A stretch of DNA of 64,000 nucleotides from Vicugna vicugna. Its lineage: Eukaryota. Under the pieces are notes generated by a model, which saw only the letters and a list, made by a program, of their open reading frames with translations, ran no database searches and was not told where the DNA came from. Both the position numbers and the translations under genes were made by a program. Each line of letters opens with the position of its first letter. Position 1 is the first letter of the stretch. Of this stretch, positions 23,219 to 36,339 are shown piece after piece. The DNA is taken from NCBI GenBank assembly GCA_013265495.1, contig MU058423.1, positions 4,045,061-4,109,060 on the forward strand, given 5' to 3'.

Positions 23219-26200
23219 CCCCATAGCCAACCCTATATTCAACAATGAAAAGTTGAAAGCCTTCCCACTAAAATATGGAACAAAAGGAGGATGGATGCCC
23301 TCTTTCACCACTTCCGTTCAACATAATATTGGAAGCCCTAGCTGTCGTGATCAGACAAGAAAAACAAGTGAAGAGGGATCCAAATTGTGGGGGGGGGGGG
23401 CAGGTGCCAAGATGGCAGAGTAGAAAAATGCCCTTAGCTCACCCTCTCCCTCAAGTACACCAAGAGAGACATCCACAGACCTGCCCATTCACTCAGAACA
23501 CCTGCTGAACTCTGACAGAACATCGCCTACTTCAAAAGACACAATTCTTCACAAAACTGGTTAAAAAAAAAAGAAAGAAAAGAAAAAGGAAATTAGCGCA
23601 GGGCCTGTCCCACAGGGAGGGCACAGCAAAGGAGAAATAGCACTCTTAGGCTGAGACAAACCTCTCCAATGAAGAGGTCGGAGGGACAGAGGGGGAGCCT
23701 CCGAGGCTTAGAGGAGCACACACAGCAGCCACTTGGCCAAGAGGACTGAGAGAAACCAGCACAAATGGTCTCTGTGACCCCCAGCCCAGACATGAGCCAG
23801 CAGGGGTGGTCTGGGACTGACTTTCAGAGCTGGGCATAGGGCTGGGGCCGACAGCTCAGAGGCAGCCTCAGAAAGCTGCAGTATGCTGTGGGCCATGGCT
23901 GGCAGTGTATACAGAATAGAATATCTAGGGTCCCCTGTTAAAAAAAAAAGCAACAATGCTGGTATGAATTGGGAAAAGGGGTGCAACACAACTGGGCCGC
24001 AGCCTCTGTGTCCACAGGCCCAAGGCACCGGTGCTGGCATGTTCTCAAGAGAAGAGACATGGGGCTCAGCAGCAGTCACTGTGTTGCTGGTGCTGGGATC
24101 CCAGGCAGAGGCGGGGTTGAAACCTGAATCCATACCCAAGGTCAGCTCAGTTTCATAGGCAAGACTGAGATTTGTTTACAGACCCAGGTAGAGGAGACAG
24201 TTTTGCTCCAGGGGTGCCTTTGTGGATCCACGCCTCTAAGACAAATGAGCAAGGAGGGGAGTTCTGGCACAGAGCGGGAGCAACGGCTGGGGCAGCCATT
24301 ATTCGACCAATCCACCTACCGAACATGGACACAGCACTAGGAACAGGGCCGACCCGGTAGCAGGGTAAACAATCACTGAAGGGCTGGGGGCCCTACCAGG
24401 TTTCTAAGGTGAACAAGTGGAGTTCCCACAATAGGGCTTAACTTCAATTCAATGAAAAAGATTATACAATTTTGAATAAAAAGAAAAACTACTACAGCTG
24501 ATAAAAGAATTCAACAACACACCAGTATACATTAACATGCAGAGATCAGCTGCATTTCTTTACACTACCAATACAATAGCAGTGAAAGAAAGTAAACACT
24601 TCTAAAATTATATCCAAAAAATAAAAAAATAGGAATAAATATGACCAAGGAGGTAAAATATTTATACATGGAAAACTATAAAACATAAGGAAATTTAAAA
24701 TGGCTTAAAGTAATGGAAAGATATCCCATGCTCTTGGATTGGAAGAATAAATATTGTTACAATAGAGGATTAATGTGATCCCTATGAAATTAACCATGAT
24801 ATTTTACAAAGAACTAGAACAAATAATCCTCAAATTTATATGGAATCACAAGACTCAGAATTCCCAAAGCATATTAAAAAAAAAAAAGAAGGAAGCTGGA
24901 GGAACTTCAGCTTCAGAACTTCAGACTCAAGAGCTATAGTCATCAAAACAGCCTGGAATTAGCATTAAAAAAAAGATATATGGATCAATGGAACCAAATA
25001 GAGAGCCTGGGAATTAACCCACAGACCTATCATCAATTAATCATAGACAAAGGGGTCAAGAATATACAATAGAGAGAAGACAGTCTCTTCAGCAAGTGGG
25101 GTTGGGAAAACTGGACAGCAGCATGTAAATCAATGAAGTTACAACACTCCCTCACACCGTACAAGAAAATACACTCAAAATACCACAAAAGACTTAAATA
25201 CGAAACAAGACAAAATAAAACTCCTTGAAGAAAACACAGGCAAAACATTCTCTGACATAAATCTTAGCTGTGTTCTCCTAGGGTAGTCTACCCAGGCAAT
25301 AGAAATAAGAGCAAAAATAAACAACTGGGACCTCATTAAACTTATAAGCTGATGCACAGCTGAAGAAATCATAAGCAAAACAAAAAGCCAATGGAATGGG
25401 AGAAAATATTTGGAAATGATGCAACCGACAAATGTTTAATTTCCAGTATATATAAACAGCACATACAACTTAATAACCAAGAACAAAACAAACAACCAAT
25501 CCAGTAATGGGCAGAAGACCTAAACAAACAATTCTCCAGTGAAGATACACAAATGGCCAATAGGCACAGGAAAAAATGCTCAATATAGATAATTATCAGA
25601 GAAATACAAATCAAACCTACAATAAAATATCACCTCACACCAGTGAGAATGATCATTAAAAAACTCCATGAAAAATAAATGCCTTAGAGAGTGTGCGGAA
25701 AAGAAAATTGTCCAACACTGCTTGTGGGAATGTAGTTTGGCTTAGCCATTATGGAAAACAGTATAGAGGTTCCTGAATTGAACATAGACTTACCATATGA
25801 TGATCTCCCATCCCCACTTCTGGAAATATATGCAGAGGGAACTCTTAATTCAAAAAGGTACATGCTTACCAATTTTCACAGCACCACTCTACACAATATA
25901 CAAGACACAGAAGCAACCTAAATGTCTATCAACAGATGACTGCATAAAGAAGCCCTGGTATGCTTATACAATGAAATATTACTCAGCCAGAAAAAAAGAA
26001 GAAAATAATGCCATTTGCAGCACTATGGATGCACCTAGAGACTGTTGTTCTAAATGAAGTAAGCCAGATCCAGAATGGAAAATACCATATGATATCACTC
26101 GTATGTGGAATCTCAAAAGAAAAAAAAAAGACACTATGAACTTATCTGCAAAACAGAAACAGACTCGGAGTCATAGGAAACAATCTTGTGGCTACAGCAG

Positions 26201-28460
26201 AAAGGGTTTGGGAAGGGATAAATTTGGGAGTTTGAGATTTGCAAATGTTACCCACTATATATAAAGATAGATTTAAAAAATCAAGTTTCCACTGTATAGC
26301 ACAGGAAACTATATTCAATATCTTATAATCACCTTCAACAAAAAGGAACATGAAAACGAATTCATGTATGCATATGGATGACTGGACATTGAGTTGTACA
26401 GCAAAAACTGGCTCATTGTAACTGACAGTATATCAATTAAAAAATGAAAGATTTTGCAAATTTAAACAACAAAAAACTACTAGAGCTGATAAAAGGAATT
26501 GGCATGGCAGCAGGATACAAGATTCACATACAGAAATCAGTTGCCTTTCTTTACACTAACAATGAAATAGCAGATAAAGAAAGTAAAGAAACAGTCCCTA
26601 GTAAAATCGCATCCAAAACAATTAAATATGTAGGAATGAATATGACCGAGGAGATGAAAGACTTATAAAGAGAGAACAACAAAATATCAATAAGGAAATT
26701 AAAAATGACTTAAAGACATGGAAAAATAAAATCCCATGCTCTTGGATTGGAAGAGTCAATATTGTTACAATGGCCATAGTACAGAAGGCAATATAGTGAT
26801 TTACTGCGAAACCTATCAAATTACCCATGACATTTTTTACCGAACTAGAACAAATAATCCTAAAATTTATATGGAATCACCCAGAATTGCCAAAGCAATA
26901 TTGAAGAAAAGGAACGAAGCTGGAGGAATAAATCTCCAAGGTTCTGACGATACTACAGAGCTACAGTAATTATAAGAGCTTGGTATTGGCATAAAAACAG
27001 ATCTATGGGTTAATGGAAATGAATAGAGAGCCCAGGAATTAGCCCACAGATGTATGGTCAATTAATTGTAGACAAAGGGGTCAAGAATATACAATGGAGA
27101 AAATTGAATCTCTTTGACAAGTGGGGTTGGGAAAGCTGGACAGCCTCATGTAAATCAAAGAAGTTAGAAGACTCCTCACACCATACGGAAAAATAAACTC
27201 AAAATGGCTTAAAGAGCTAAACATAAGACAAGACACCATAAACCTTCTAGTGGAGAACACAGGTAAAATTCTCTGATCCAAATTGTAGCAATGTTTTCCT
27301 AGGGCAGTCTATCTAGGCAATCATAACAAAAACAAAAACAAAAACAAAAACAAAGAGGAAAACATTAAGCTTATAAGCTTTTGCAAAGCAAAGCATACTA
27401 TAAACAGAAAGACAGCCTACAGAACAGGAGAGAATATTTGCAAACCATGTAACTGACAAGGGCTTAATTTTCAAAAAATACAAATAGTTCATGGAACTCA
27501 ATAACAACAAAAACAATAATACCCAAAGAATCCAATCAAAAAATGGCAGAAGACCTAAACATACATTTCTCCAGTGAAGACACACAAATGGCCAACAGGC
27601 ACAGGAAAAATTGTTTAATATCGCTAATTTTCAGAGAAATGCAAATCAAAACTACAATGAGGTAACACCTCACACCAATCAGAATGGCCATCATTAAAAA
27701 ATCCACAAATGATAAATGCTGGAGAGGGTGTGGAGAAAAGGGAACCTTCCTATACTGTGATGAGATGTAACTTGGTATAGTCATTATGGAAAACAGTATG
27801 GAAAGTCCTTAAAAAAACTAAAAATAAACTTATCCTATGATCCAACAATCCCTCTGCTGGGCATGTATCCAGAGGAAATGCTAATTAAAAAGATACATGC
27901 ACCCCAATGTTCACAGCAGCACTATATACCATAGCCAATACATGGAAGCAACCTAAATGTCCATCAACAGGTGAATGGATAAAGAAGTTGTATATATACA
28001 CTATGGAATACTACTCAGCCATAAAAAAGAATAATGCCATTTGCAGCAGTATGTATGCACATAGATTGTCATATTAAGTGAAGTAAGACAGAAAGAAAGA
28101 AAAATATCATATACTGTTGCTTACATGTGCAATTTTAAAAAAAATGACACAAGTGAACTTTTTTTCCAAAATGGAAACAGACTCACAGGCATAGAAAACA
28201 AACTTAAGTTTATGGGGGGGAAGAGGAGGGACAAATTGGGAGTTTGGGATTTGCACATACACATTACTATACATAAAATAGATAAACAACAAACTCCTAC
28301 TGTATAGCACAGGGAACTGTATTCAAAACCTTGTAACAGCCCATAATGAAAAACCACATGAAATGGAATATATATACACATATGCATAGCAATCACTATG
28401 CTGTACACGAGAAGTTACCACATCATGAACTGACTATACTGCATTTCAAAAAATAAAAAC
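23219..28460 (+). mobile_element. Composite L1 block: 170-bp ORF2 piece, ~1-kb L1 5'UTR and two tandem ~2-kb ORF2-3'/3'UTR units
   Basis: TSD AAAAGTCAGCTC at 23207-23218 and 28461-28472; L1 start G12-CAGGTGCCAAGATGGC at 23389; units span ~24484-26443 and ~26471-28460. Confidence 0.85.
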
Positions 28461-28589
28461 AAAAGTCAGCTCTCAGCAACACTTACATCACCTATCACAT
28501 TTTCCTTCTTGAAGTAATTATTTCACTTAGCTTCTAGATCACTATTCCTTTTTGCTCCCTTTCTTATCTTACGGTTTCTTCCTAGACTC

Positions 28590-29300
28590 CTTAATTCACT
28601 CAACAAGTGTTCCATCCCTACTCTGCCCCTACACTGTCCTTGCCACTAGAGATACAGGAGTGAACATGCCAAAGCCCTTGCTATCAGGCAGCAGGGCACT
28701 TTCCAGTAGGTAGAGACAAACACGTGTGTTCTGGAAGCCAGGGGAAGACTCTGTTTCCAGGAGGTGACTGTCTGCACAAGACATGCTGAGAGATCACGTG
28801 AGATGAGGACTGTAAATAAACCACTGGATTTGGCAGTTAGAGGTGGATGGTAACCCTGGTATGATGAGTTTTACTGGAGCAGTAAAATGAAACTGGAGTA
28901 GATTCCAGATAAAATGGCAGATGAGAAAGAGGCTGCAGCAAGTGTTCTCAACTGCCTCAGACATTTTTGAAATGACTTTCTGTTACTTCTCTCTGACACA
29001 TTTCCCTTCATTCTTCATCTTTCAGGTCTTAGCTTAGATGTCATTCCTTAGCAAAGTGGTCTCTGACACTCCCCACCCCCAATCTAAGTTGTTCTTCCTC
29101 TGAAACTTTCTCTCATGGGTTCATCTTATTTTCCATCACTATCATGTTTATATTTATGGATTTAAGTGTTTGAAATTTACTTACAATATCTGTCCCATTG
29201 TTCATGTTCATTGAGGCTGTCTTAAGCTCTGCAAAATGGATACCTAGAGTATTACCGGCATAATATATTTATTTGAATTAATGAATGACCAAATGAATGA
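28590..29300. mobile_element. L2 fragments in both orientations
   Basis: GTGAGATGAGGACTG...CCACTGGATTTGGCAG (minus) and TTCAGGTCTTAGCTTAGATGTCA...TTGAATTAATGAATGA (plus, L2 tail). Confidence 0.65.
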
Positions 29301-29811
29301 CTAACCAGCCTTTTCCTCTGGGGCTACACTGGATTGTGCCATATTAAAAAGGAACCACGTTTCCCAGAATCCCATTCCCTTTGTGTCTCTGCAGTAAATT
29401 TCAAAACACAAAAACTAGTGCAAGATTTGGAAAGTAAAAGTGAAGCAATAGGCATTACTCTAACAAGGTCTTGCAGTCAAGCACGTGGAGAAGATCAGAT
29501 TCCGAACTGGCCTCCTCCAATAATACCAACACCACTGGCCTCAGAGAACAGTGAATTCGGGTATCAGTGCTAATTATCAATCTCTTGGGATGCAACTGTA
29601 AAGGACATCAAATCATGAACAGAATGGTTTTTATAAAAAGGAGTTATCTCTGAAAAACAGTAACAACATTTTCAAAAACCCAAATAAATTCTTGGTTGAT
29701 CAAGTGCTCTTTTCCGTTTGGAGTGCAGGTTATGGGAAATCGAGTGCTTTTCTTGTATATTTTGTGGAATTACATTTCACAATGTTTGACAGAATCTACA
29801 AGAGTTGCATT

Positions 29812-30260
29812 TGTCATGGTTCCAGCAAGAAACATACGGCACATGACTAATGGAGAATTTAATGGAGAGGCTGTTTACAGAGTCCAGGGTGGGGTTAAAG
29901 GAAACCAGTGAGGCTTGGGGAAGTAATCTTGGGCTGGCAGCAGGGGAGATCAAGGACCTGGGCCGAAAGGAGCAACAGGAATGAGTGGTTTCAGGAACCT
30001 GAATTACTGGAGGAAGCAGGGGGAGAGGGCCTGAGGTGAGTCACTGCCAACCTACAGCCCACCAGAGAGGACTGGAGAGTAAATACTTTCACTTCACTGT
30101 CTCCCAACCTCCCACCCTCCCACCTTGCCAGGACCTCCCACTTCCAAAGTCAATCATAAACCACAGGTCAAGGGCCTGGTTGGTGCAGCCCATAAAGATC
30201 ACCCTCCTGTGGCCTATGGCACAGTGGAGAGGATATCCAGGGGCAGACAGAATGTCCACA
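29812..30260. mobile_element. Probable ancient ERVL-class LTR relic
   Basis: TGTCATGGTTCCAGCAAGAAACA...GAATTTAATGGAGAGGCTGTTTACAGAG...GGGGTTAAAGGAAACCA has an LTR-like layout; family uncertain. Confidence 0.45.
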
Positions 30261-31641
30261 TGAGCATCCAGAATTATAGGGGAGAAAAGTTGTCTTTTTA
30301 TTCCAGATGTAACCACCAAGCTATCACATGTTATTAGAGACATCTTCCTGCGGGAACATGCCTGAAAGCACACTCTTTACTCAGTAGGATGCAGTCAAGC
30401 TCTATCTGTTGCACATCAAGGTTATAAGCAAGATAGTTAACTATTCAGTTGGGTGAAAACCACTTGGTTTGAATTTTTGAATCTCTTGCATCTTGTCTTA
30501 AGAGCCGTAAGATTTTTGATTTAGCTGTAGTGCATCAAAACTTATTGCCCTACTTTGGGACTCCTACACTTGAGATAGTCCATAGAACAGTAATTTTATC
30601 ATCATCAGGAAATTTGAGGAACACAAAACCCATCAATGACTGGTGGGAAACAAACTTCCTGGAAGAAAACTGTATCAAGACCAAACATTCACATACTTTG
30701 ACCCAGCAATTCAACATTAAGAATTTGTTCTTGGAAAATACTCATGGATGTACACAAAGGTGGAGCCACAATAGTGTTGCAGAGACAACTTGTTAAGACT
30801 GAAAAATCAGAAAGAACATAAACGTCCAACGGTAGTAAATCTATTGAATACATTATGGCATCTTTAAATATGGGCTATGGAAGTACATACCTGTCGGCTG
30901 ATCACCCAGCACCCGCTCCCCCTTTGCACTAACAATATCCAGGATTTGTTAGGGTATTCTTCCTACCTCCCCCTGTACCTGCCCACATCCAGTTGACCCT
31001 TGAACAATGTGGGGGTTCGGGGTGCTGACACCACTGCACAGAGTCAGAAATCCACATCGAATTTTTGCTTCCCAAAAGCTGAATTATTAGTAGCCTATTG
31101 ACCAAAAGCCTTACTGATAGCCAAGAGTCAATCAACACACGCTTTGTATATGTATTATATACTCTACTCTTACAACGAAGTAAGCTAAAGAAAATGTCTT
31201 TTAAAAAATCGTAAGAAAGAGAAAATACACTTGCAAGAACTGTGCTGGACTCACTGACACCGTAAGTTTGAGTCATCTCTACGAGATGCACAGTCAACAC
31301 CTCCATTGATGTTGTTTTATAAGCTACAAAACACAGTCAAGGTTATACACAACGCTAACACTAGGCATCAGAAATGAAAAGATAATGTGAGAAATCTGTA
31401 TTTACAAGTATAACGATTCGCGCACCGACGACAAAGAAGCGGCGGTAGGACTGCTTCCCAGCAGCCTGGTGTGGTCTGTGCGACCGCTGCGCGCAGCCCG
31501 GCCTGGGCGCTAACAAGTGAACCCTTATCGCTTTTTCATGGCATACAGTATTACGGCCATATTCATAATGTTGGAAGCAACGTTACATTTTTTAAAAAGC
31601 CACTTACCTGTGATGCTAGACTGGTAGGCAGTTTCTCCAGT

Positions 31642-32502
31642 TGTAACCGCACCGGGCTCCTCTTGCCAGATGCACAAGGAGCTGGAACGCTGAATCCACG
31701 ACTCTTGCAGCAGACAGAGGGTTTACTCCCAAGTCAGCCCAGCAAAGAGCCAAAGGAACAAATCTCAAATCTACCACTGAAAGCAAGGGGGCTGCAGTAC
31801 TATGGGATAATGAGTAAAGCAGCAGGCAGGCTGAGGTGTGGGGGGTGTAGGGGACGGGATGTGAGGCGTGTGGGAGTGTGGGGGGTGTGGGAAGCATGGG
31901 GCGTGTGGNNNNNNNNNNNNNNNNNNNNNNNNNNNNNNNNNNNNNNNNNNNNNNNNNNNNNNNNNNNNNNNNNNNNNNNNNNNNNNNNNNNNNNNNNNNN
32001 NNNNNNNNNNNNNNNNNNNNNNNNNNNNNNNNNNNNNNNNNNNNNAGGGTTGGGGGCAGTGGGGAGCGAGTGGGTTGTGGGGAGGTGGAGGGTGTGGGGA
32101 GCGCAGAGAGAGAGAAGAAGGAGGGAGTGCAGAGAGTGAAGGGAGCCTGGAAAGCAAAGGGACGTAGGGGCGTAGCGGACGTAGGGAGCGTGGAGGGTGT
32201 GGGGAGCGAAGATTGGAAAAAGGTGGGTAATCATGGTTCTGCGCAGGCGTAACCAGGCTGCAGGCCTCTGCAGGTGCGACAGGTCACTGAGTGGACGCTC
32301 GCGCATGCCCAGTTGAAGGATCAGAGGTCCTATCCAGTCTGAACCAGCTGCACTCAAACTGGACACAGCTGCCTCCAAGTTCCCAGAAAACAGCTCGGGC
32401 AAGTACCTTCTTGTTTAGGTCACCTGCCACTTGGAGGAGGCGCAAGTCTTAAAATGGCCTGACTAGTGAGGGCAGGTGAAACGGATTTAACCCGCAGTTT
32501 CA
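31642..32502 (-). mobile_element. ERV1-class solo LTR nested in Tigger2
   Basis: TG...CA termini (TGTAACC...AGTTTCA), 4-bp TSD CAGT/CAAT with one mismatch, GAACAAATCTCAAATC motif. Confidence 0.7.
31835..32205 (+). repeat. G-rich degenerate minisatellite spanning an assembly gap (N 31909-32045)
   Basis: Repeated GGNGTGTGGGG / GGGGCGTNG-like units on both sides of 137 Ns. Confidence 0.8.
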
Positions 32503-33539
32503 CAATTATGAGAGAGGCATCTGTATATTCTTTGAAAGCAAAGTTATGAAACAGTAAGAAAAACCCATTATTAATTATAGATTAATTATCACTCACCTTC
32601 TGCCTATATAAGGATAGGCGGAAATACAGATCTACATAAATTTTATGCATTCATCACATACGTACCTAACTTTTTCTTAATTTTTTCGATTATTTCTATG
32701 CTCTGTGGTTGTCTGCAAGTTTTTTCAAATTGTTGCAAATCTCCAAAAAAGGTACCAATATTTTTGTTGAAGATAATCTGCATATACGTGGACCTGTGCA
32801 GTTCAAACCCGTGTTGTTCAAGGGCCAACTGTACTTAACAGACATGATTAAAACCTCAGCTTAACACAAGAGCCCTGACTGGTTGAAGCCTGTGAGGCTA
32901 GGCCCCTTCCCTGTGCTGCTGCCACTGGTTCAGAGAAAGGGGCCCAAACCAAGCAGTACAGGCATTCCGTCCAGGGCCTCCTTCTAAGGTGGACTTTATC
33001 TTACGCTTTTTCAATTCGGGAAGTTAGAAGACTGAACACTGCATGTTCAAAACTCCTTGAGACCAGGTTTCCCTCATGAAGTTCTCCCAATTGAACGCAC
33101 TCACGTGAGATTTGGAAGCTGGCAGGAAGGTACCCCTTCTTTCCATGATAATGTGGACAGACATGGGTGCTAGCAGCTTCTCTGAACCTGCTTCCTCGTC
33201 TGTAAAGCAAGGGTAGCATCAGCTACCTACATGGAAACATGGCAGGCGCCCTTACACCTTCTTTTTCAACATTTCTTTCCTGGACGTTGTGACAGCAGCA
33301 CCAGTGTGACTGAGGGGGTCTGAGAATTCTTGGGTACGAATGGCTATTTTTTTTAAGCTTTATTATGCCCAGAATTAGGAGCCTGGCTAAGGACCTGAGG
33401 AAGTGGGTCTTGGCATTCAGGTCAGAGCAGATCTGCTCAGACCCATGTTATCCACACCATGAATGTGGCTTCTTTATAAAGCCCACCTGCACCTGCCTGA
33501 CAAAATTCCAGACAACAGAGATTTGATTTTCCCCCAAGA

Positions 33540-33705
33540 GAAACTGAATAGGGACTCAGGGACCTGAGAGCTGTTCTTGGGCCCAACACTTTCTAACTGC
33601 GACCTTGACCAAATAAATTTATTCTTCAGGACCTCAGTTTCTTCATCAGAAGAAAGGTTTAGGAAAGGTGTTCTCTAAAGTCCCTCTCAGTTTCAGAAGT
33701 TCCAT
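33540..33705 (+). mobile_element. MIR/MIR3 SINE
   Basis: CTAACTGCGACCTTGACCAA...GGACCTCAGTTTCTTCATC...TCTCTAAAGTCCCT. Confidence 0.7.
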
Positions 33706-34419
33706 GTATTACCGAGACAAAATGAAGTTTTTAAGCAAACTCAGTATTTATGTAGCCAAAGGCCAGCCTTGAAATGTTTTTATTTCATATACATCTTTTT
33801 AAACATGCCCTTTAATAAATTTACCCTTGGGTACAAAGCATAAAAAAAATAACAATTAAAGTGTACTGCACAGAAAAGGAATGTCCAGTGCATATTATAA
33901 ATTGACCCCTATGAAAAATGCTGACAGTTTATGTTATTTGACCCACAAATCAGCAGTTTTACATAGCTCAATCTACTAACATCATTAAAATGGAAAATTT
34001 TTAAAAGACTTGTGTTCGACTTGAACATGAGCAGATTAGGAAAAAGCTGAGAATTTCATGTTTTCTCTGACTTTACACATTGATGCCACAAATCTTTATT
34101 TTCTTCTTTGGTGGGAGGTGGTGAAAGAGAATGATACTACCATATTTCAATTTCTATAAAAGACAAAAGCTATCTGAACTCCCTCTTTGTCCTCTAGCTG
34201 TAAAGCTCTCCCAGTTCACTCTCCCTGCGTGGCAGAGTCTTAAAGTGCCCAGCCTGAGCTCTGTGATATCCTGTCTCACCCTGGTTTCCCGGGCATCCTT
34301 GAGGTGGCAGTCATTTCAGGATGTGGGACACTACTGGCAACTTGTTTGCTTGCATCTTTTTAATCCAGTTCTTGGGCAGAATAGGCATAGAATCCAAGTC
34401 TATGTCAACAATGCTGGTG

Positions 34420-34650
34420 ACATTAAAATAGCAAACACTATATAGGACTCATGTGCCGGGAACCAGGTGAAATGCTTTGCATGTATTAAATCATCTCATC
34501 TCTACTTTCCTCTAAGAGCTGTACCATTGCTACCCACTTTACAGATGAAGAGACTGAGGCACATCAAGTTTACTTGCTCAAGATTACACAGCTAGCAAGT
34601 GACCCAGTCAGGACCTGAGCCTCTCTGTAACTTCATGCTCTATGCCTCTC
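34420..34650 (-). mobile_element. MIR SINE
   Basis: CCCACTTTACAGATGAAGAGACTGAGGCAC...ACTTGCTCAAGATTACACAGCTAGCAAGTG. Confidence 0.85.
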
Positions 34651-36339
34651 TGGTTAGACCTCTAAACATGTGATTATCATGTCAGTGTCATGGGCAAGAT
34701 TCCACAGTAACTCTCAGGACAGGGTCACCTGCACCCACAATCACTGATAAAGTTACAAATGTACCTTCTGATGAATACACATCAGTTCATTCACAACATT
34801 TATCTGTCCCAGCGCAGCTGGAGAATCCTCACACACCCCTGCGTATCTACATGGGGATAGACTTAGAGGCTTATACCTGCAGCAGGTCACCATTTCCAGG
34901 TTGGGAGAGACAAGCGTGGTTTCTACAGGTAACTTCCTTCTTTGAGATTCTCATGCATTCCCCTAGGGGCATCCCCATCTGAACCCCCACCCTCGATCTT
35001 GATGAAGACAGAATCTACTTGAATTATTTACATTTTTTTTAAGGTTTAGGTAGATGAGAGGATCATGTTATTTAATATATATATTAAAAACTTTTCCATC
35101 TAGTCTTATCTTTCTAGTGTATTACTTATCTACCTATTTGAGATGGAAGAATCTTTAAACAGTAAACCTAAAGTGAGTCTGTGTTCAACTGCGTGCCATT
35201 GTCTTCAAAGCCTCCCACTGAAGAACTCTATCCCCATTTCATTGTTCTCGCCTTTTCCCCTGAAGGGTTTGGAAATCTTGCTTCTCATGAATCTTGTGAG
35301 CTAATTCACAGACAGAAACCAGGCTGGTTATTTAATGGACACTCCTGTCCCAAGCACAGGGAAACATTATTATTCCTCCATTCAGTATAAGACTAGCAAG
35401 CGAGGCACCGTCCCGGACCACCCTAGGAATTCAGCCGGACCCCCTGCTCCATGAGTCCTTCAAGAAAGGACGACTCACTCCAAATGGAGACACTAAAATT
35501 TTAGTTACCTGAATGTCTGTCACAAGAACCTGCAGGTGGATTATGCCTGTCTGCAGAACTTGGCTGTTTTCCTTGGATGAACTTTTGAGTCTGAGAAATG
35601 TGCACGTCTTTTCCCTTAGCAAGCAAGTTATTTTAAGAAAAGAAAGTGCACTCACCCATTTAGCACTGTAGACTTGAGGTAAAACGTCCGTCTTTCAGCA
35701 GGCTGGAGTTCTGCGATTTTTTTCACCTTACTCCTGGGGCAACATCTGCCCCCAGTTTACCCACGGAGGGTTCCTTCAGGCATGTGCTGGGCTTCAATAT
35801 CCCCTCCCTGGGTCGGCTGTGGTTCTGAAAGGACGTTATCGGAGGACGTCCTTGGTGGCCTAGGCACAGTGATTTGAACACACGCCCGTGGTTATGCCTT
35901 TGCCTTCGTTATCCCGACTGGAGTCCTTTCCCAGCCCCATCTGGAGCGCCTGGCTCCGCAGCATGGAAGGACAGATTCCTAGCAGATGGTTTATCAGAGG
36001 ACCTGGCACATGGTTTGGCCGAGAAAACCTCATCTAACACCTCTGAGTTTGGGAAGCTTCAGAGCAAAGAGGAGCTCCAGTCCTTCTGCATAACCAGGAA
36101 TGTTTTGCTTATTAGATTTTTAAAACGATGCTCAGGGTAAATATTCTAGAAAGCGGCAGTTCCAGAGATCTGGCTCCACAGACGGTACCAGGCTAACGCA
36201 TCCCCTTAGACTGGTTTTACGACATCTATAAAGTTTGGGATAGGGCCAGAGCCTCGGGCCTGAAAGGAATGGGGCTCCTGCTAAAAGATATAAGGCATTT
36301 TGACAGTGATATTTTAATTTAAAAAGTACAACTCTGAGC

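Larger units (their letters stand above)
30990..32831. mobile_element. Tigger2-derived (Tc1/mariner-pogo) non-autonomous DNA transposon, split by an LTR
   Basis: TIRs CAGTTGACCCTTGAACAA (30990-31007) and TTGTTCAAGGGCCAACTG (32814-32831), the latter followed by TA; Tigger2 subterminal sequence at both ends. Confidence 0.88.

Noticed and set aside
31471..32402. Long ORFs of 200-222 aa on both strands
   Set aside because: Artefacts of the N gap and the stop-poor G-rich minisatellite.
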